Shown here piece after piece: positions 57,051 through 64,000 of a DNA stretch of 64,000 nt. Position 1 is the first letter of the stretch. The number at the start of each line of letters is the position of its first letter. Made by a program: the position numbers and the translations under genes. The stretch is from the NCBI GenBank assembly GCA_002269645.1, contig NIVC01000875.1, positions 248,001-312,000 on the forward strand, in the 5' to 3' direction. This DNA comes from Macrostomum lignano (lineage: Eukaryota). The notes below the pieces were generated by a model, which was not told the origin of the DNA, did not search any database, and saw only the letters and a list, made by a program, of their open reading frames with translations.

Positions 57051-57500
57051 ATGCCTGAGATTGTTGAAGCCGCTGGGCTGCTGGTGTTCTCTCGGACAGG
57101 CAGCGAGCCCCTCTACCTCATGCTGCACTCGTCGCGCACCCAGGACCGCTGGACGCCGCCCAAGGGTCACCTGGAGGCTGGGGAGACCCTGCTGGACTGT
57201 GCAATGCGAGAGACGCGCGAAGAGAGCGGCCTGACCCGGCTGAAACTGCTGGATCAGTTCGCCGCTACAAAGATCTGCTACAACAGCCGGAGGCATCTGG
57301 AGCGATTGAAGAGTTGCACCTTCTGGCTGGCTGAAGTCGCTGACGAGGCCGAAGCTGCCGCGGTCCGGCTGTCGCACGAGCATCGCGACTTTCGCTGGTG
57401 CCAGCTAGCGGAAGCCACCCAGCTGGCTCGCGATGGCTTTCCAGAGATGCTGCCGCTGTTGGAGCAAGCGCACAACTACATAGTTTGCGGCGGGGCCTGA
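57051..57500 (+). CDS. NUDT2: Bis(5'-nucleosyl)-tetraphosphatase (Ap4A hydrolase), NUDIX family
   Basis: WTPPKGH plus the NUDIX box GHLEAGETLLDCAMRETREESGL, KSCTFWLAEV and LSHEHRDFRW. ATG at 57051. Confidence 0.85.
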   Translation: MPEIVEAAGLLVFSRTGSEPLYLMLHSSRTQDRWTPPKGHLEAGETLLDCAMRETREESGLTRLKLLDQFAATKICYNSRRHLERLKSCTFWLAEVADEAEAAAVRLSHEHRDFRWCQLAEATQLARDGFPEMLPLLEQAHNYIVCGGA

Positions 57501-58139
57501 GTCTGGGGGATGAGCACGGATGAGCTCTTATCGTTAGTCAGTGTGCAGTCTCTGCGCCTGGGGGGGTTGGCTGTGGAAAATCCATAGATTATCGACTTTA
57601 ATAAAATTGACAGTATAGCAGTAGTTTTTTATGCCTAACATTATCTAATTATTGATTGTCATTTTTTATGTAATAATTAAATTTATTGCCCGTCAATTAT
57701 GCAATTTAAATAGCGAGTATAGAATCAACTGCAGCCCTGGATTCAGTAGTACTGCAGTTAGTAGTATTTATTGCGTTTTTCCCTCGCCCTTATCCTGCGC
57801 CTGTCCCGTCTTTCGCCTTTCGCAAAGTGTTATTTTTTAGTTCTCTCTGCACTATAAAATTTTCATTAAATTAATCAATATTTATGCTTGTAAAATTTCT
57901 AGTAATAAATCCTAGCACTGGAGCTATGCATCTGCTAACTAGACCGCAGCTTTTATTTTCCCAAATTAAAATGCATGCGAAACTTTTGGACACCGACTTT
58001 TCAAGTTGTAAATATTTCGCACTTAATAAATATATATTACTTTAGTTCAATTGATCTTTAGATACAAGTCCTTTAAATAATAAAAATTGAATATTTTGAA
58101 CTGATTTCTGAGTAATTTTTGCTTTTAATCCAAGTCAGC

Positions 58140-58530
58140 TGCAATGTCCACATGCCCTAACAATCAACTTCAACCCCTGCCCCAATGTACATACATGTAC
58201 GCCCTGGCAATCAGCTTCAACCCCTGCCCCAATGTACACACGCCCTGACAATCGGCTTCAACCCCTGCCCCAATGTACACACGCCCTGACAATCGGCTTC
58301 AACCCCTGCCCCAATGTACACACACTGACAATCGGCTTCAACCCCTGCCCCAATGTAAACACGCCCAGGAAATCAGCTTCAACCCCTGCCCCAATGTACA
58401 CACGCCCAGGAAATCAGCTTCAACCCCTGCCCCAATGTACACACGCCCTGGCAATCAGCTTCAACCCCTGCCCCAATGTACACACGCCCAGGAAATCAGC
58501 TTTAACACCTGCCCCAATGTACATTTACCA
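58140..58530. repeat. 39-bp minisatellite (aatcagcttcaacccctgccccaatgtacacacgccctg)
   Basis: About 9 direct copies. Confidence 0.9.
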
Positions 58531-60472
58531 TGTATGGTGAATGTACCATAAATTAAATTTCGCTTAAAAATGCACTCTAATACTGAAAGCATTTTTCTAT
58601 GATGACTTCTGCGTTCGGATCTTTCACGAATCCAATTGTCTATGGTGAAGTGATTAATAAAAAATTAAAATTACTAAACTCTAAACTTTGTTCTGAAAGT
58701 ATCTCACAGATAATTTGATAAAAACTGAATTTATCGCTTCACTTTCAGCATTCTTTTTTATAAACTTTTTATATAGCCACATTGTATTTATGACCTCTTC
58801 AATCAGAAAGTTTACTGCCATGACAAGCTGCATTGACAAGGGTGAGTAGAAAGCCGCGTTCACCCTGGTCTCGGGCTTTTATTTTCACTATAATTTTCAT
58901 TGACACCCAGATACTCAGTTGCTGGGCTAGCCTCCCAGATCCTCAATCCAGACTACTCCAGACTCTGTTTACCTGGACTGAATTTCAGTATATTTAAACA
59001 CGCCCTACGCATACCTGTGCGCGCATACGCTCTTAGAAAACAAATCTTTAATCAGCCGTAAATGGCGCACCTGCCTGTGATGCTCCTGAGTCTTGTGGAG
59101 TATATTTGCATAAACATGCACTATTCAACCTGTGCGGTAAAGGTTCGTAATCAGGTGGAAAATGCCAGACTGAAGTTATTTGCTAATTGACTCAGCTGGT
59201 ATTCCTTTTTGCGGGTGGCCTCGTTGCTAAATAAAGTACATATAAAGTGCAATGTTTGCTGTAGTGCTGACTTTAGGGGTTAATGTTTTTTTAAAATGTA
59301 CTATTAGTTCATTTTAGGGCTAAAGGTAATACTCGTAAGAGAGCAAACCAGCTAGATCAGCAAAAAATACACTTAGACAAATTCGTAACACGACACAGCT
59401 GTTTGTTGGCTCATGTATTACACAGTTGTGCCCGACAGCCCTCAGTAAAGATGCTATTCATCGTTTTCATATTACAGTCCAAGACTCGAACTGTGAACTC
59501 AAAACTTCGGGCCAGAAATGCAGCAGCAACAACAGCAGCAGCAGGCTAAATTGCAGACGAAGAAACTCCAGCAGCAGCTCGGACGACAGCGACCGTCAGT
59601 GCATGCTGATTGAGCCGCAGCACAGCAAGAGTTCGTTTGCGGCCGAGGCTGCAGCAAACAGCGTCGTATTCTGCGAAATTCAGAGCTGCGCAACTCGGAG
59701 CAGCCACTCGGCCGACAGCTGCTTGTCAACATTGTCGGGCACTTGCGGCGAAGTTCTTCCCAACCTGTGAGTTGCACGGCTTCATTCATGTTTAACCCGT
59801 TTCTAATGCGTCTGTTGCGACTAAAATACAAAGGTCTGATTGTCGTGGAATTCATGTCCTGGTGGCGGTGACCAAACCCCAGTTACACCTAAGTTAGTAA
59901 GCTTGTGTCAGCGTATGTATGTGTGTGAAGAAACCTAGAGTCTAGAGTACTATAGAGTAGAGTGAGAGTCTTGCTCACTTGCTCAAGTGATGAGCGGAAG
60001 CCGGACGAAAGTATCTGCAGCGGCTAGAGGCCGCTTCAACTCGAAACTAAATCGATGTTAGATTTTTCTAACAGCCGAACTCAAATCCAATCTTCTTCAG
60101 TTCGCCGTTTCCTCGGTTTCCACAAAACTCGAATTTCAACCATCGGCCCGAGGTTGCCTGGTGTTCGCGTGATCGAATCTATGAGGACTTGGAAAATGCC
60201 GGGCACAACTCCGGGTACCAGTGGGAACAGGCTGTGCAGAGTCGGCCAAGTCAACAGCAATATTGGCAACCGTTGCAGCAATCAAATAAGCGGAAGCAGC
60301 CGCAGAAGAACCAACGACCCAGCGTTGCCGCTGACAGCTTTGTGAGTTTCATTTGAACTGTTGTTGGCTCTTTAACGGCCAGGTAAAAACGTAAAACGTA
60401 GAAACGTAACGTCTCTGCGTCAACGAAATTTGACAGCTGCAATTCAACTGCCAAAATATTGACTGACCAACT

Positions 60473-60502
60473 CCCTAACCTAAACCCTAACCCTAATCCT
60501 AA
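60473..60502. repeat. Interstitial telomere-like CCCTAA repeats
   Basis: ccctaacctaaaccctaaccctaatcctaa. Confidence 0.7.
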
Positions 60503-60764
60503 AGATGCAGAAGGGTCCCAGTGTCGAATGGCCAACTGAAGGCATCTATTCACCTGCTCGCGCCCGCAACACCACCGTGCACCGCAACAAATGGGCGTCA
60601 CGGCTTGACGATAGCGTCTTGCTTGACGATGTCACCCCGCCACCAAAACGGGCGCAGCGCAAGAAGAGGCCGCAGTCTCCAGCGGCGTGAGTTCCTTCTG
60701 GTTGCATGTGAAATCTCGAGCGTTGGGCGTGTGGTTTGGCTTCCATTGAAAGTTAAAGGAAACC

Positions 60765-62440
60765 GCCTCCCGAAGTGTCAGTTGCTGGACCAGCCTCCCG
60801 GAGTGTCAGTTGCTGGGCCAGCCTCCCGAAGTGTCAGTTGCTGGACCAGCCTCCCGAAGTGTCAGCTGCTGGACCAGCCTCCCGAAGTGTCAGCTGCTGG
60901 ACCAGCCTCCCAGAGTGTCATTTTCTGAACCAGCCTTCCAGAGTGTCATTTTCTGAACCAGCCTCCCAGAGTGTCAGTTGCTGGACCAGCCTCCCAGAGT
61001 GTCATTTTCTGAACCAGCCTCCCAGAGTGTCATTTTCTGAACCAGCCTCCCAGAGTGTCATTTTCTGAACCAGCCTTCCAGAGTGTCATTTTCTGAACCA
61101 GCCTTCCAGAGTGTCATTTTCTGAACCAGCCTCCCAGAGTGTCATTTTCTGAACCAGCCTTCCAGAGTGTCAGTTGCTGGACCAGCCTCCCAGAGTGTCA
61201 GTTTCTGGACCAGCCTCCCAGAGTGTCAGTTGCTGGATCAGCCTCCCAGAGTGTCATTTTCTGAACCAGCCTTCCAGAGTGTCAGTTTCTGAACCAGCCT
61301 CCCAGAGTGTCATTTTCTGAACCAGCCTTCCAGAGTGTCATTTTCTGAACCAGCCTTCCAGAGTGTCAGTTGCTGGACCAGCCTCCCAGAGTGTCAGTTT
61401 CTGGACCAGCCTCCCAGAGTGTCAGTTGCTGGATCAGCCTCCCAGAGTGTCATTTTCTGAACCAGCCTTCCAGAGTGTCATTTTCTGAACCAGCCTCCCA
61501 GAGTGTCATTTTCTGAACCAGCCTTCCAGAGTGTCAGTTGCTGGACCAGCCTCCCAGAGTGTCAGTTGCTGGACCAGCCTTTCAGAGTGTCAGTTGCTGG
61601 ACCAGCCTTCCAGAGTGTCATTTTCTGAACCAGCCTTCCAGAGTGTCATTTTCTGAACCAGCCTTCCAGAGTGTCATTTTCTGAACCAGCCTTCCAGAGT
61701 GTCATTTTCTGAACCAGCCTCCCAGAGTGTCATTTTCTGAACCAGCCTTCCAGAGTGTCAGTTGCTGGACCAGCCTCCCAGAGTGTCAGTTTTTGGACCA
61801 GCCTCCCAGAGTGTCAGTTGCTGGATCAGCCTCCCAGAGTGTCATTTTCTGAACCAGCCTTCCAGAGTGTCAGTTTCTGAACCAGCCTCCCAGAGTGTCA
61901 TTTTCTGAACCAGCCTTCCAGAGTGTCAGTTGCTGGACCAGCCTCCCAGAGTGTCAGTTGCTGGACCAGCCTTTCAGAGTGTCAGTTTCTGGACCAGCCT
62001 CCCAAAGTGTCAGTTGCTGAACCAGCCTCCCAGAGTGTCAGTTGCTGGACCAGCCTCCCAGAGTGTCAGTTGCTGGACCAGCCTTTCAGAGTGTCAGTTT
62101 CTGGACCAGCCTCCCAGAGTGTCAGTTTCTGGACCAGCCTCCCAGAGTGTCAGTTGCTGGACCAGCCTCCCAGAGTGTCAGTTGCTGGACCAGCCTTTCA
62201 GAGTGTCAGTTTCTGGACCAGCCTCCCAGAGTGTCAGTTGCTGGACCAGTCTTTCAGAGTGTCAGTTTCTGGACCAGCCTCCCAAAGTGTCAGTTTCTGG
62301 ACCAGCCTTTCAGAGTGTCAGTTTCTGGACCAGCCTCCCAGAGTGTCAGTTTCTGGACGAGCCTCCCAGAGTGTCAGTTGCTGGGACAGCCCGCCTCCCA
62401 GATCCTCAGTTGCTGGGCCAGCCTCCCAGATCCCCAGTTG
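60765..62440. repeat. 28-bp satellite (cagcctcccagagtgtcagttgctggac and variants)
   Basis: About 1.7-kb array with two main variants (gttgctggac and ttttctgaac). Confidence 0.95.
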
Positions 62441-62493
62441 CTTGGTTGATGAATATTCTCAGCAGCTTAGTTGATTTTCTTGTGCTGCTTTTA

Positions 62494-62984
62494 GCAAATC
62501 AGTACAGCAGCAAAGACTGAAGCAGCAACAACAACAACCGCAGCTGCAGCAGAGGCAGCTACAGCAACAGCAACCGCAGCAGCAGCAGAGGCAGCAGCAA
62601 CAGAAGCCGTTGCAGCAGCAGAAGCAGCAGCAGAAGCAGCAGCTGAAGCGGCAGCAACAGCAGCAGCCGCAGACCCCACGCTGTGCCCGCTGCCCATCAA
62701 AGCCGCGCCCCTGTCCGATGCAACGACAGCGGCTGCTGAAGAAGCGCCAGAAGAAGCGAAAGCAACGGCAGCATCGCGACGCCGAAGGCTGCGTGCCCGG
62801 CGAGGTCTCCTGCGGCGACTGTCAGCCGCCTCGCATCCAGCTGTGCCCCGCTAAGCAGGGCCGAGAGAGGTTCTCTCGCGTGAAGCTGCAAACTCAACCG
62901 GGCCGCTTCATCACTCGCCAGGTGCTCTTCTTTGATGGCGACTATCTGTACAGACCTGCTCAGCCCGAGTGCCCCTGCTACTGA
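62494..62984 (+). CDS. Probable terminal exon of an unidentified gene: polyGln tract then Cys/basic region
   Basis: Acceptor-like gcttttag, then an open frame SVQQQRLKQQ...CARCP...GEVSCGDC...FFDGDYLYRPAQPECPCY*. A possible upstream exon lies at about 59480-59765 (donor cct|gtgagt). Confidence 0.5.
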
Positions 62985-63309
62985 CAAAGTAAATATTATT
63001 TTTACTTCATTGATGATAACTAACAATGACTTTTGGTGAACTGCTTCTGATGGGTCTGCTGCTTTCAATAAGCAGTCACCTCCATATATTTTTTGCATTG
63101 CCGATCTGATAAGAAATTCTTCTGCTTTTCAATTATCTGAAGCATTTTTAAACGCATTTTAAGTTTTGAATTTTTTATGCTAATTTTATTTTAAACGTTG
63201 CGTCCTAAAAATATAAAGCCACAAGATTTCTGAAAGCGCCGTCTCACCCTTTATTTACCTTTGAGGGCTCTTTGGCCTTGACTTCTTTCAGCTTCTGTCC
63301 ATTGTAAGA

Positions 63310-63870
63310 TCCCCATCACTCCCCTTCTCTCCTCCACCACTTCCACCACTCCACATCACTCCCCATCACTCTAAATCACTCTCCATCATCCCATCACTCC
63401 CCATCACTCCATATCACTCCCCATCACTCTAAATCACTTCCCATCACTCCATATCACTCTCCATCACCCCCATCACTCCCTTTCTCTCCTCCATCACTCC
63501 ACATCACTTCCCATCACTCCATATCACTCTCCATCACCCCCATCACTCCCTTTCTCTCCTCCATCACTCCACATCACTTCCCATCACTCTATATCACTCT
63601 CCATCACCCCCATCACTCCCTTTCTCTCCTCCATCACTCCACATCACTTCCCATCACTCTATATCACTCTCCATCACCCCCATCACTCCCTTTCTCTCCT
63701 CCATCACTCTACATCACTTCCCATCTCTCCCCATCACTCTACATCACTCCCCATCACTCCCCATCAGTCTCCATCTCTCTAAACTACTCCCCACCACTCT
63801 AAATCACTTTAAATTAGTCCCTATCACTCCCCTATCACTCTAAATCACTCCAATCACTCCCTACACTTAC
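63310..63870. repeat. ~10-bp satellite (catcactccc)
   Basis: Degenerate tandem copies. Confidence 0.85.
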
Positions 63871-64000
63871 CCTCTCTTCCTCTCTCCCCTCTCTCTCCGT
63901 CTCTCAATTAATATTTTGATCCTACAGTATAATTTTCCGACGCAGGTTCCCTGTCGCCTGACATTTCCTGCCAGCAGAAACAGCAGCAGTGATTTATGGC

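Overview
Eukaryotic (metazoan) genomic DNA. GT-AG introns, GC-rich exons, purine-rich filler and many minisatellites suggest a flatworm such as Macrostomum, but the host is an inference only. Three main components are visible. (1) A minus-strand family of three paralogous ankyrin genes (7.1-9.0, 33.1-37.8 and 41.0-46.0 kb). Manual splicing shows that a shared ankyrin module is joined through phase-2 introns and a homologous mini-exon to different effectors: a caspase (His-Gly, QACRG) in one copy and a tandem Ser/Thr kinase in another. The homology breakpoint between the two genes lies in the same (TGTAGCTGTGTGTGC)n intronic satellite, and ankyrin surface residues are hypervariable. The third copy is cut by a transposon before its effector. 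(2) A Ty3/Gypsy element (10891-30689; identical 192-bp LTRs, GTCAC TSD) that has lost its integrase core. Inside its integrase tail sits a complete 15.9-kb Polinton/Maverick (adintovirus-like; 14239-30153, ~0.9-kb TIRs, CTGGAG TSD). The Polinton encodes PLA2, integrase, a protein X-like peptide, pPolB, adenain, ATPase, a PZ-like protein, MCP and penton. (3) Housekeeping genes PFDN5 and NUDT2, a solo LTR, a hAT-like MITE, an unidentified Gln-rich gene end and more than 15 tandem arrays. All splice models and family calls were made by eye; no database searches were run.
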